DNA of 64,000 nucleotides from Octopus sinensis (Eukaryota), in NCBI RefSeq assembly GCF_006345805.1, contig NC_043002.1, forward strand, positions 104,098,001 to 104,162,000, given 5' to 3'. The position numbers were made by a program, and so were the translations under genes. The notes beneath the pieces were generated by a model. The model was given only the letters and a program-made list of their open reading frames with translations. It was not told the origin of the DNA and did no database searches. This document shows, piece by piece, positions 12,449 to 26,715 of this stretch (positions are counted from its first letter, which is position 1; every line of letters begins with the position of its first letter).

Positions 12449-12934
12449 TAGTGGAACGACTTTGCCAGTTCGTTGCTAGAGTTAGAATGATGTGAAATAA
12501 CCGTAGTTTGATCTTTGTCTACTCTTTGCCGGGACATACGAAAACCATCAAACCTAGTAGTTTAAGCAACCAATCGAAATTTTCGGAAGAAGAGTGCGAC
12601 GCAGATGGCAATCGATCTTACTTTCAAAACCTACAAGCAAAAGCTTTGAGGAATGTTTAGTGATAATAAAATTGAAAATATTCCGCTCAACTGGGAAGGG
12701 TTATAGATGATCTCTTAATGTAGATATAGAAGGAGAGTAATGATACTGATAAAGGAAACCAGCAAAATGTGTGAGAGAATATAACTCAGTTACCTCTCTA
12801 CACATGTGAAGGCGTGTCATCAAGTGATGTTGGTTTCGATTACCCGACCATGTGAAGCGCTTTGTTCTTGAGTAAAACCCCTATTTTCTGTTGCCCCAGT
12901 CGAGTCACCTGGTAATGAGTAAGCCTACGACACT

Positions 12935-13247
12935 CTGGCCTTCCGTTAAATGCCGAGACCGTGGTCTCGCGGTTGTATGATCGCAGTTTCGATTCCCAAA
13001 CCGGGCGTTGTGAGTATTTATTTAGCGAAAAACACCTAAAGCTCCGCGAGTCTCCAGCAGGGGGTGATGGCGACCCCTGCTGTACTCTTTCGCCACAATT
13101 TTCTCTCACTCTTTCATCTGTTGGCCAGCTCACTTAGCCAGCGGGGTGGCGTCATTTGAAGGCTAAAACAATGCGAAGCGCATTCTGAACAGTGATGTGT
13201 AGCAACATCTGATAGCCTGGTCTGTCCAAGTAATCACAGTGATATAT
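12935..13247 (+). mobile_element. SINE family B with tail 2
   Basis: GTTTCGATTCCCAAACCGGGCGTTGTGAG head/body followed by TTAGCCAGCGGGGTGGCGTCATTTGAAGG tail; matches the reverse complement of 21836-22154. Confidence 0.85.
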
Positions 13248-13250
13248 ATA

Positions 13251-13301
<51 letters not shown>

Positions 13302-14244
13302 TATATATATTATATATATATATATATTATATATATATATAATATATATATATATATGGAGTGATTCACACATGAAATATCGTGAGATATAAAACAAACT
13401 ATGTGATAATAACAGCTAAATAATGTGATATATTATGGTGGCATTAAATTACTATTTCTTCTGTTTGCAAGTAAATTATATTGTCATTGAAGCTATGTAT
13501 TAAGCGAATAGACTGTTACCTTTGCACAAGCTATATTAATACGATAAAAACAAAACAAGTCAAAAGAAATCCACATAAAAAAGCACGAAAAATAAACAAA
13601 ACCAAAGTTCCGAAAATAAAAACAGAGGCAAAGTTGTCACGGTTTCATCCTGTTTAAGAAATAAAAGCAAAAAAAATAATAATTGCAAGTATAAGATAAT
13701 GAAGTAACAAAAGAACTGATTACATTGGAGACGCTTATAATGACAATTAAAGGTAAATCTGACGCACGCTTACGTTGTATTGTTTTAACTTGCCAACAAC
13801 CGCTGTGAGCAGGTTAGATTAGAACAGGTAAATTGCAAAACAAAACTTATTCCAATCAACGAAATCTGATTTTGTCTCAAAATAAGACGAAACTAAAGTT
13901 AATAATATTCTTCTTTTATTTTTCTCCGTTTTTTTTTTATTATCTATTTACGTTTTATTATTTCAATTATGTTATTATTGTTGTTTGTGGTGTTAGTGTG
14001 TTGTTTTTCTATTACATTTTGTTGTTATTGTTGCTATTGCCGTTACTTTTGTAGTTGTTGTTGTTGTTGTTTTTCAGTCTTTTGCAAGATTTTAATTAGA
14101 ATTAGTCACAGTAAATGAATCAATCGTACCTAAACAGGATCATTCATCAATTATATTTAACTCGAAGAGATAAAAATACTGATAAATAATACTAATACGA
14201 AATGCTCGTGCTAATAATCTTAAAACTAATGACAACACAAACAA

Positions 14245-14315
14245 AACATCATCATCATCAACAACAACAACAACAACAATAATAATAATAGTAATAATAA
14301 TAATAATAATAATAA

Positions 14316-14391
<76 letters not shown>

Positions 14392-14392
14392 T
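14245..14392. repeat. (CAT)/(CAA)/(AAT)n microsatellite
   Basis: Direct reading. Confidence 0.95.
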
Positions 14393-14770
14393 GAGGAAAC
14401 GAATGTGAATGGTAATATCATTTTCTCACATTAGTGAAGGGAAGATAAACTGGTTCTAAATTAAACAGCAATAGATAAAGCATTTGAGAAGTTGGGTGGG
14501 GGGAATGATGGTGGTGGTGGTGGTGATGGTGGTGGTGGTGGCGGTAGTGGTGGAGGTGGTGGGGGTGGAAGCGATAAATAAATTTAGATTGAACAGTGAG
14601 GAACTGCCTGAAGATAGTGTAAGCTGCAGACGTATTTAGATACCAAAATAGCCTAAACGCTCATGAATTTCGATCAGATTTTTCGTTTCAAAAATATTCA
14701 TATCTTAGCTAAATCATGATATTGCTATCAAAATTTGATTACATACGTGAACGTATATGCATGTGTGTAT

Positions 14771-14823
<53 letters not shown>

Positions 14824-15101
14824 ATATATATTATATAAATATATATACATACATATATATACATATATACATATATACATATATACATATATATAATATA
14901 TATATATTATATATATATATACATGTATATGTATAAGTATATATATATACGGGCGTATGCGTGTGTGTATGTTTGTGTGTTTCTGTGTATGCATATGTGT
15001 ATGTGTATATATCCTTACATACACAAACAAACACACGCACACATCCACATACGCATTCACACTTTCATAAATATTTACGTACACTCATTCGTACGCGCGT
15101 A

Positions 15102-15133
<32 letters not shown>

Positions 15134-16204
15134 ATAAAATAGTTCTTATACTTATAAAACGTTTATGTATGTAAAGCAACGAACATGTATATACATATAT
15201 ATGTGTGTGTCTGTGTGTATACATATATATATATATATTTATATATATATATATACATACATACATACATACATACATACATACAACCACAGTTACATAT
15301 ATATATAATGTGTATGAGTTTGTGTATGTCAGTGTGTGTGATCGATAGAGGGTTGAGCTGTGTGTTCCCGTGTCTATGTGAATATTTATTTTCTTCTGGG
15401 GGCAAATTCGATCTTAGCAATCAAGGTTCTTCTTAAAGTGAGAAAATAAAACGGAGAATAAAACGGAAATAAATATAAGCAAGTTAAACGAGAAAGATAT
15501 AAGGAAAACATCATCTTGAAAGTATATGCCAAAAACAAGCACAACAAGCAGAACAAGAACATAAACAACGATAGCAACGTCAGAATATTTATCGAAGTTT
15601 GATGGCGATAGAGCTGAGACAAACTACAATTAATCAATCTAGTTGCATGACTATGCAGTTACTGTTCTATAGAATGTCACCAGACTATAGTTATCAAGTG
15701 AGATATTTTTTTATAACTATGTGGTAAATGATTAGTTTCCTATAGTAGTTTGTTTAGAATTTTAGCGTATTTAGTTGTTCGTTGCTGAGAAAAGAACAAA
15801 TCTTAAATGTGGTTTCGATACTCATGGAAACGCATTTTAAATAATTTAGAATTTTTTTTTTTCTATTCGTGATCATTGTTTAGCACCAGGTATGAAATCT
15901 ACGATCAAACCCATGACTCTAGGCTTTACATTGCCACCTATCCTATATTACCAGACATTTCCATCCTAATTAAATATTTTTCCACTTTCTGCATCTAATG
16001 ACATATGTCACTCATACAAATAGCATGCAATTGGAATGAATATTCCTGAAACAGTTTTATGAAATTCTCACGCGGGAATTCCATAACTGAACTTGGCAAG
16101 CCCGGATCTTTGTATTACACGTTCAGTCTATCCAACATGCTTGTACATAATTACAATTTCATGATCAATACGTGGGTGAAGCTAACAATCTTAACTGGCA
16201 CACT

Positions 16205-16525
16205 GTGTCGGTTGCGACGACGAGTCTTGCAGTTGATCCGATCAACGGAACAGCCAGCATGCAGCATGAAACTGGCTGAGTACTACACAGATACGCTCAG
16301 CAATAAAGATACGCTTAGCAATTTCCATGTGACAGAAAATGCGATTAGGCTGACCCTATGACGAATCCTTTTTGCCTTCTGAGTGAACTGGACCAACGTA
16401 AAATAAAGTGTGTTGTGCTAAAAGACACAATAATCCACCCCACCCCACCCCCCGCGGGCAATCGAACTCAAGACTCTACGATCGTAAGCCGAATACCTGA
16501 AACACTATACGACGCGTTTTCACGC
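16205..16525 (-). mobile_element. Decayed SINE family C with tail 1
   Basis: GTCGGTTGCGACGACGAG...TTGATCCGATCAACGGAACAG tail and AATCGAACTCAAGACTCTACGATCGTAAGCCGAATACC head align to the reverse complement of 25331-25650. Confidence 0.65.
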
Positions 16526-17404
16526 CCCATGATATATAGAAATGTGCCTTCAGCCATAATTCGTAGATGAGAGACAGAAACCCGGGTTTCCGTGGTTGCA
16601 GAGCGACCCTCATGCGTATTCACTCATTTTGCACCCACAAAACCACAGACGAGTGTGCACAGGGGTTTCAATACTGAATGTACCATTAAGATGTGCCGTC
16701 ACTGTGAACATATGGGTGTTATACGTTGCATGTGGGACCCATCATAGAAAGGTTCTTGTGTTGACTCTATTAAAAATATGCTAAATACTTTGAAGAACAT
16801 CATGCGCATTGCTGCCTCCCATTATATCTGTGATAAAAGGCATTATATCTTAAAGTGATTTTACGACAGATAACGTCTATAAACCCCATTCAAAGTCTAA
16901 GAGGCTTTCGGAGGTGTTAATTTCGGGGCTAATTAAGTATAGAATCTGTATACGCGAGCTTCAAAGTCAACAACCAGTTTAACCGTGGCTCTCTTGTTTA
17001 TATTAACACTAAAAAGAAAGAAAAAAAAAACAATAGCACGAAATCTCAGACGTGGTTGTGTGGTAAGAAGTTTTCTTGTCAATCACATGCAACACTTCAC
17101 TCGGTCAAAAATCGAAACAATAATCTTACGATCATCAGCCGCTCGCATCCACAATGTCTGAAACATTTATAACGGTATTAACATGTTACCTTCTATGAAT
17201 ACAGTTTATACTTATTCCCCATCCACACACATACATGCATGAGCGTGTGTGAGTTTATATATAACATTATACCTGGCCATCTATCTTTCTACCTGCCTAC
17301 CTGTATGTCTGCTTATCGATTTATCTATCTCTGTATAGCTAGCTAGCTTGCAATCTGTCATTCTATCCAACTATCAATTTATCTATCTATTTTTCTATCT
17401 ATCT

Positions 17405-17463
17405 CTTAATCTATCTATCTAGCTAGCTGTTTGTCTGTCTCTCTGTCTATCTATCCATTTATC

Positions 17464-17527
<64 letters not shown>

Positions 17528-17627
17528 ATCTATATAGCTAGCTATATATCTGTCTTTCTATCCAGCTATCTATCTAATTATCTACATATCTATTTGTTTG
17601 TCTGTCTATTCTATCTATCTATCTATC

Positions 17628-17658
<31 letters not shown>

Positions 17659-17662
17659 CTAT

Positions 17663-17694
<32 letters not shown>

Positions 17695-17702
17695 CTATCT
17701 AC

Positions 17703-17777
<75 letters not shown>

Positions 17778-17960
17778 CCTATCTATCTATCTATCTACCT
17801 ATCTATCTATCTATCTATCTACCTATCTATCTATCTATCTATGTATCTATCTACCTATCTATCTATCTGTCTATCTATCTACCTATCTATCTATCTGTCT
17901 ATCTAATCATCTATATATCTTTATTTATCTAGCTAGCTATCTCTCTTTCTGTCCAGCTAT
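17405..17960. repeat. (TATC)n microsatellite field
   Basis: Direct reading; similar fields at 22200-22280, 27640-28080 and 32380-32516. Confidence 0.95.
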
Positions 17961-18322
17961 CAATCTTTCTATCTGTCTATCTGTGTGTGTATGTGTAAGC
18001 GTGTGTATGAATGTGTGTGATTGACGTCGTGCTACCGTTTGCACATTTACGCATATAAATGTTTCGAGTTCATGTTTTCATTTCGGAACATGACTAATCA
18101 CTCTTCAGTTGCTCACTAAATTCCTGTCTCCTCATGACTCTATAACCCTGAGTTGAACGACCCATCCACCAGGCCACATGCTTTCGAAATTCATCAATGA
18201 ATATCAAAGATAATGAAGTTAAAATTTCATTGTAAAATCTTCCACTAAGACGTGAAGTGAATTCTAATTATAAATTGCGATAATTTTGTCTCAGACAGTT
18301 ACGTCATTAATGCTTATATATA

Positions 18323-18431
<109 letters not shown>

Positions 18432-19340
18432 CTGTCTGTCCTGTTATGAGAAATACAACGTTTAATTTATCAGCAACTTTTAATTTAAATCATTGAGCCA
18501 TATATTACAATGAGTAAGATGTATGAAACTGAAGGCAGTCTTTGAATGTATCTCTTCATAAAATATAAAGATATGAAGTAACCGGAACGTGCCAACGAAT
18601 GAGATTGTATGTTGTTGAAGTAATTAGCGGAAATAGCAGCCACATCTCGCTTCAATTACACTCTGCGTTATGAAAAAAGAAGTTCATTTACTCAGAGTTG
18701 AAATATCTGGAAAGATAATGAATTGATTATAGATGAACTTATTTAGCCTCAGAGGCACTCAGCCCTCGCTGGAGCTTAAACGACAACCGATGTTTCGTTT
18801 GTAAAAAGAAAGACGATATGGTGTCAAAGCGAAGGAAACTCCTGCTCGTATTGCTCTTTAGAATTCGGTTTCGTTTGTTGTCTCGGTACATCTTGAATTC
18901 GAGTCCTTCTTGGGAGGAGTTTGACCACATAAATACAAAACATATTTTGCCGTAGTCCCATGACTGCAATCAGTAACAAAATGAAACAAAATGAATGTTG
19001 AATGCCTATATAATTATCTTTAATGAAGCATTTCAAAACATTCGCTCAATGTAGAAGTAAGCAAGTGACTGTCGTTAGACCTGTGTATATAACAACCAAA
19101 ATCTCCAAGAATTCAATGAATATGATTCTAAACAAAAGGGAAATAAACATTAGATCAAACAGATTTAGATGTAAAAACTGTTGGGCTTGGTCACCAGTTG
19201 AAGTTCGTTTATCTTGCATGAACTTCATGAGGATTAAAGGCGATTAAAGAAAGCATTAACAGTAAAAATAATAACATACAAATCAACAAACAGACAAAAT
19301 ATAACAATAGTAGAAACACAAAGAACTGTAGTAGCAGCTA

Positions 19341-19757
19341 TACTCTTTTACTCTTTACTCGTTTACTTGTTTCAGTCATTTGACTGCGGCCATGCTGGAG
19401 CACCGCCTTTGATCGAGCAATTCGACCCCGGGACTTATTCTTTTGTAAGCCCAGTACTTATTCTATCGGTCTCTTTTGCAGAACCGCTAAGTAACGGGGA
19501 CATAAACATACCAGCATCGGTTGTCAAGCAATGCTAGGGGGACAAACACAGACACACAAACACACACACGCATATATATATATACATATATACGACAGGC
19601 TTCTTTCAGTTTCCGTCTACCAAATCCACTCACAAGGCTTTGGTCGGCCCGAGGCTATAGTAGAAGACACTTGCCCAAGGAGCCACGCAGTGGGACTGAA
19701 CTCGGAACCATGTGGTTGGTAAACAAGCTACTTACCACACAACCACTCCTGCGCCTA
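19341..19757 (-). mobile_element. Full-length SINE family A
   Basis: Near-identical to 6119-6546. Confidence 0.9.
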
Positions 19758-20136
19758 TAACAAAATCATTTTAGATTTTTATCACTCTGAATGTATTTCC
19801 ATTTGGCGAGCACCGATGAACCAATATGAAATGAGTTTCACTAGATAAGATGATGGTATTAGGAATATCATGGGTATATACATGCAAGGTAATTACCACA
19901 CATATTAAATGACGCTGGAGGAAATAGGAAAGTGTAATTATAAACAAAATACAGGTTGTTCCCGATTGAAACATCTGCTCGATGAGATTTATCATGCCTT
20001 GACACGTTTTCCGTCGAACCTATACTGCCCTTTATTTTCTTTAGTACCACACGTCTCATTTTGGTATGAATTATGCATTTAAATTTTTTTAACTATATAT
20101 ATATATATATTATTGCTCATTATATGAAGAAAAAAA

Positions 20137-20557
20137 TAGGCGCAGGAGTGGCTGTGTAGTAAGTAGCTTGCTTACCAACCACATGGTTCCGGATTCAGTC
20201 CCACCGCGTGGCACCTTGGGCAAGTGTCTTCTGCTATAGCCCCGGGCCGACCAATGCCTTGTGAGTGGATTTGGTAGACGGAAACTGAAAGAAGCCCGTC
20301 GTATATATGTATATATATATATATATATTTGTGTGTGCGTGTATGTTTGTGTGTCTGTGTGTGTCCCCCTAGCATTGCTTGACAACCGATGCTGGTGTGT
20401 TTACGTCCACGTTACTTAGCGGTTCGGCAAAAGAGTACGATAGAATAAGTACTAGTCTTACAAAAGAATAAGCCCCGCGGTCGAGTTGCTCGATTAAAGG
20501 CGGTGCTCCAGTATGGCCGCAGTCAAATGACTGAAACAAGTAAAAGAGTAAAGAGTA
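20137..20557 (+). mobile_element. Full-length SINE family A
   Basis: TAGGCGCAGGAGTGGCTGTG ... GAAACAAGTAAAAGAGTAAAGAGTA. Confidence 0.9.
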
Positions 20558-21451
20558 TATTGATTTATAATTTGGGTATTACTGTTGGTTCCTGTGGTAC
20601 GGATATTTTATCGATTATGTACCTTCGAAGTCAACGTTGAGTCACATGTTAAAACGTGTTAAATTGTCAATTAAACCTCCATTTTATGTTTTTCTTTCAT
20701 TTACGATTTTCTCTCCACAGATTATATTTCAGATTAACTTATATAAGTTTTAATGGCTTCGTTTTCACGAAAATCATTTATGGTTGACACTCGCTCTAGC
20801 GAGCAGGGTGACAGTAACGTGTTCCTTAGACACATACATGTCAACGAAGATATTGATTCACATTGAAAGCAGCGCATGGGCTACATAAGAACCTGTTCTA
20901 TACATTACATAAATATCGAACAATGTCGTTTGAACAACAGTAACGTAAAGTTCCACGAGAAAGCATCAACACTGAGAGTTACCGGACGCAGAGTGTCAAC
21001 AAACAACCATGGATACATAGGTTTTAAGTATTTCTAAGTAATGTGTTAAAAATCTAGTGTGGGAACAATCAATTTCTGGTACGTTGAATCCCGCTTCAAG
21101 TTAAATTTCATAACGGATTCCTGCCGTAAACTGAGATTTTGGAGTGAAGTTTGAAAAACGAAGATTTTGTAGAACGTGGTTGTATGCCAGTTTTGGGGAA
21201 GTAGAATTAATAAAATACCATATTTCACACTGCAAAATAGTCAATAGTTGACTTATGAATTTGCCTAATTTCAGGCCTAATATCAAGTCCGAAAATAATT
21301 TCTGAACGTTTTCTCAACTTGCAAGGAAACCCAGAAAAAAAATATTTATGCTTTCTTGCGTTCACTTGATAACAAAATGAATTCAAATCTCCTTCTCAAG
21401 TGTTCAAATAATGGAAAAAAAAACAACACAGAATATATATATATACATACA

Positions 21452-21834
21452 CTAGCAGTATCGCCCGGCGTTGCTCAGTTTGTAAGGGAAATAACTATAA
21501 AGCATTTTTAGAGAGTTATAGCCAAAAAATAGCAAAAAAATGTAAACAAAATGATGGTAAATTTTTTTTTTAGAGTTAAAAAAGGTGGAGTTGCGTCCCC
21601 TAGACGGTCTGTGGTTTGGGTTTCTGATTCTCGACTCCATGTCGAATTTATCGACCTTTTCAGAACTGGGGGAACTTTTCAAAATTTTCGCTGCGTTAGT
21701 TTTGAATTATGACATTGGGCTATGTGTGTGTCAAGTTTCATCAGAATCGGTTGAAAGCCGTGGTCAGGGTGAGGGTACGAGAAAACAGACACACAGAAAA
21801 CGCACAGACAAACTGCCGTTTATATAGAGAGAGA
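21452..21834 (-). mobile_element. Non-autonomous Helitron
   Basis: Minus strand reads A|TC...short GC-rich hairpin remnant (CTGAGCAACGCCGGG)...CTAG|T, matching canonical Helitron 5'-TC / hairpin-CTRR-3' ends at an AT target; two more copies at 26000-26715. Confidence 0.75.
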
Positions 21835-21835
21835 T

Positions 21836-22154
21836 ATCACCGTGATCATCGTGACTGACCAGGCTATCAGATGTTGCTACACATCGCCGCTCACAATGCG
21901 CTTCACATTGTTTTTTTTTAGCCTTCAAATGACGCCACCCCGCTGGCTAAGCGAGCAGGCCAACAGAAGCAAGAGTGAGAGAAAGTTGTGGTGGAAAATT
22001 ACAGCAGGGATCGCTACCATCCCCTGCCGGAACCTCGTGGAGCTTTAGGTGTTTTCGCTCAATAAACACTCACAACGCCCGGTTTGGGAATCGAAACCGC
22101 GACCCTACGATCACGAGTCCGCTGCCCTAACCACTGGGCCATTGCGCCTCCACA
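21836..22154 (-). mobile_element. Full-length tRNA-derived SINE family B with tail 2
   Basis: Minus-strand head GGAGGCGCAATGGCCCAGTGGTTAGGGCAGCGGACTCG...GTTTCGATTCC with A/B boxes. Confidence 0.9.
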
Positions 22155-22161
22155 TATACAC

Positions 22162-22283
<122 letters not shown>

Positions 22284-22876
22284 TATTTGCAGTGCTCTCT
22301 TTTGTGTGAGCAAATGATGTCATGATTCAACCAAAAATGCCAAAAATAAACTCATTATGTAAACGAATTCAGTAAGAGAGGCTTGGTACCTAATTGTGAC
22401 ATAGGCATTGATAAGGGAGAGCCTTATTGTTGTTTATGTGAAACGCACATTAAAAATTGTACAAGGTATGTGTTGCATTAGGGAAATTGCGTAATACGTT
22501 GAGAAACGTACGAAATATTTTCGAAAACATAAAACATTGCATTGCATTAAACAATGTTTCGTATTTATTTACACATCGAGAATATATTGCACAACACATT
22601 TACATAAGAAACTACGCAACGGAAACTATGTAAAAACAATGAACGCGAAAATAAAAGTAAAAATATAATATTGAAGAATAACAACATCGGTGAAAAATGA
22701 CCATAACATACTGTATATTATGATAATTTATATTTTTTATGTGGGTTGGCAATTTCCTAATTTGTATTTATCGTTATCTAATATAAAAGCGTTCATCAAA
22801 GATGGCGTCTTATTGAGGAAACATTAAAAAAAAAATTGACGTTTTCATTTATTAATTTTCTTTTAGTCTTTTACCC

Positions 22877-22925
<49 letters not shown>

Positions 22926-22939
22926 ACTCACTTTCTCAC

Positions 22940-22988
<49 letters not shown>

Positions 22989-23227
22989 CACTCAATCTCC
23001 CACCTCCTGCCTCTCCCCGTGTGTTTCATCAGAGATTTTCTACAGAAATTTTTCAATATAAATAAGATGATATAGATGGAAATCGATGACTGACGAAAGA
23101 ATTGAATGTAAGTAGAAAAAGAATGCGAGAAATTGGAATCACTACTCTAAATGCCGTTTCACATTCACTGGGATAGAAATTACATACCGTTACGTATATA
23201 TCTATATCTATATCTATATATATATAG

Positions 23228-23282
<55 letters not shown>

Positions 23283-24558
23283 ATACATACAAAGGCACAC
23301 GCAAATATATATTTGTATATATATATATATTATAATATATTATATACCACATATATATATCTATATACCTATCTACAAACACATGCATTATATAGGTGTA
23401 TATATATATGTATATATATATTATATATATATGTATATATATATATTATATATATATGTGTGTGGTTGTGTGTGTGTTGTGTATGTGTGTGTGTGTTGTG
23501 TGTGTCAACTATATTTATATAGTGTAGCGAATGTTTTCCGTAAAAGTTATTTGGTGCATGCACAAATATAAACACCCTCACACCCACACACGTGCGCATA
23601 TGTATGTATACATATATATTTCTATATAAAGTAACGTGTGTGTGCATGCGCATATGATCATGTTACAACGTAAATAACATCGTTATAATGGGGCCCTATA
23701 TTGTCATAGAATATACATCTTGTGACAATGCACAACAATCACAAGAAGAATACTGAACAACGACGAAGGAACTGTAAAAACCACGAAAATACCCTTGTGG
23801 AAGTTCTTATAAATATCCATTCTTGTTTCGTCGCTAGAAAAACCAAAGGTTAAACAAATGATAAAATTCAATAAAGCAACAACTATGCAATAGTAAATAC
23901 GTTATCTACATCCAATTACGTATACCTCTGGTCCCGAATTTACTTTTCATTGTTCGAATTAACACAGTTTGTCGGAGGAGAATAAATGATGTAATAGACA
24001 CAAGGATTGCTTGTTAATTGATAAGTACGAATATTAATTGTATAGATGTGCCTGACAGCAAGCAGTTTCGTAATTTCGACACAGCAATGAAGTTATAAAA
24101 ATGTCATGCAATATCCGTAAAGCGTGAATCTATTTTGTGTGGGTTTTTTTTTTAATCACTCTTGTTTTTAATAAATGATGCGGTAGGGGTGTTTCCTTTG
24201 CATCGTTTAATGAGTGGTAAAAATAAAATATTTAGTATTTGTCGATTTTTCTAATGGGAAAGAATATAATGGTATTGACCTTCTTTCTTACACATCTCTA
24301 ACCTTCAATCGAACCCATGAGCGGGTAGAAATCAATAGCAAATACAGTAGTAATAGATAACTAACACTAAACAAAAAAGGCTTAAAACAAAGGCAGAAAC
24401 ACTGACAGACAAGCGAACAAACAGATGCACGTTGACATCTGTAAATTAGAAATGTAGACGCAAGTATGTCTACACGCATACACACACACAAACATTATCT
24501 ATATATGTATATATATATAATATATATATATAATATATATATATATATTATATTCTCA

Positions 24559-24747
24559 TTACCCTTTTACTTGTTTCAGTCATTTAACTGTGGCCATGCT
24601 GGGGTACCGCTTTTTTTTTTTAGTCGAACAAATCGACCCCAGGACATATTCTTTGTAAGCCTAGTACTTATTTATCAGTCTCTTTTGCCGAACCACTAAT
24701 GTTACGGGGACGTAAGCACACCAGCATCGGAACAAACAAAGATACAG

Positions 24748-24787
<40 letters not shown>

Positions 24788-24990
24788 ACACACACACACA
24801 CACATATATGTATATATATATATATATACATATATACGACGGGCTTCTTTCAGTTACCGTCGGCCAAATCCACTCACAAGGCATTGGTCGGCCCGAGGCT
24901 ATAGCAGAAGAGACTTGCCCAAGGTGCCACGCAGTGGGACTGAACCCGGAACCATGTGGTTCGTAAGCAAGTTACTTACCACACACCCAC
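24559..24990 (-). mobile_element. SINE family A
   Basis: Colinear with 6119-6546. Confidence 0.9.
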
Positions 24991-25330
24991 TATGTATATA
25001 TGTATGTAGGCGAACAGACAGAGTGACAGGTAGATACATAGATAGGTAGATAGATAGAGAGATAGAGAAAGAGTGAGTGAGAGAGAGTGAGAGATACGTG
25101 GATAGTTGAATTGGTGCATAAAAGCAGGTATACGCATGTGTTTAACAACACATTTATGCTTCCTGTTGTGTAGTTCGAAAACAGCATAAGTTACGCAGAA
25201 TATCCAAAAGCTGCATGAATGGCTTTCATGAAATTTCGGCTTTCTCACTTTACCTTCTTCCTTGATCAATCTACACACCAATGCAAGTGTATGTATGTGT
25301 GTGTGTGTGTATGTATATATATATATATAT

Positions 25331-25649
25331 GGAAGGCACGTGGCTTAGTGGTTAGGGCATTCGGCTCATGATCGTAAGGTTGTGAGTTCGATTCCCGGCG
25401 GCGCGTTGTGTCCTTGAGCAAGACACTTTATTTCACGTTGCTCCAGTCCACTCAGCTGGCAAGAATGAGTTGTACTTGTATTTCAAAGGGTCAGCCTTGT
25501 CACTCTCTGTGTCACGCTGATTATCCCCGAGAACTACGTTAAGGGTAACGTGTCTGTGGAATGCTCAGCATCCATTGCACGTAATTTCACGAGCAAGCTG
25601 TTCCGTTGATCGTATCAGCTGGGACCCTCGTCGTCGTAACCGGCGGAGT

Positions 25650-25650
<1 letters not shown>
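25331..25650 (+). mobile_element. SINE family C (different tRNA-like head plus CCTTGAGCAAGACACTTT core) with tail 1
   Basis: A box TGGCTTAGTGG, B box GTTCGATTCC; the 3' half matches the tail of 61745-62130. Confidence 0.85.
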
Positions 25651-25704
<54 letters not shown>

Positions 25705-25846
25705 TATATATATCAATATATATATAATACATATATATAATATGTATGTAATATATATAAATCATATATACATATATAATTCATACATATATACATACGC
25801 ATATATATATATATGCATACATACATACATACGTATATATATATAC

Positions 25847-25900
<54 letters not shown>

Positions 25901-25999
25901 GTATGTATGCATATAAATATATATACATATATATATATATATATAGGTGTTGCGTATGTATGTATGTATGAATATATATATGTATATATTTATATAATA

Positions 26000-26715
26000 C
26001 TAGCAGTATCACCCAGCGTTGCTCAGGTTTGTAAGGAATAACTATGAAGCATTTTTAGAGATGTATGCCAAAAATATCCAAAAAATGGAAAAAATATGTG
26101 TAATTTTTTTTTGAGATTAAAAAAAGGTAGAGTTGCGTCCCCTAACTGTTTGTGGTTTCGTATTCCTGATTCTCGACCCCATGTCGAATTTATCGATTTT
26201 TTTCAGATGTGGGAACTTTTCAAAATTTTCTTGCAGTTTTGAATCATTGGCTATTGTGTGTCAAGTTTTCATCAAATCTTTGAAAGCCGTGGTCAGGGTG
26301 AGGTACGAGAAACAAACACATAAACACTCACAGACACTGCCGTTTATATATATACTAGCAGTATCGCCCGGCGTTGCTCAGGTTTGTAAGGGAAATCTTA
26401 AATCATTTTTAGAGAGTTATAAGCCAAAAATAGCCAAGAAATGGATGATGGTATTTTTTTTAGAGTTAAAAAGTGTGCTTCCCCTAGCAGTTTGTGGTTT
26501 GTGTTTCTGATTCTCGACCCCATGTCGAATTTATCGATTTTTTTCAGAACTGGGGAACTTTACAAATTTTCGCTGCGTTAGTTTTGAATTATGACATTGG
26601 GCTATGTGTGTGTCAAGTTTCATCAGAATCGGTTGAAAGCCGTGGTCAGGGTGAGGGTACAAGCAAACAGACACACAGACACCCACAGACAAACTGCCGT
26701 TTATATATAGATAGA
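26000..26715 (-). mobile_element. Two head-to-tail non-autonomous Helitron copies (26000-26353; 26355-26715)
   Basis: Both start (plus strand) CTAGCAGTATCRCCCRGCGTTGCTCAGG and end CACAGAC(AA)ACTGCCGTTTATATA; homologous to 21452-21834. Confidence 0.8.

Noticed and set aside
18739-18969. Open frames on both strands in unique-looking DNA
   Set aside because: No recognisable family; length is compatible with chance.
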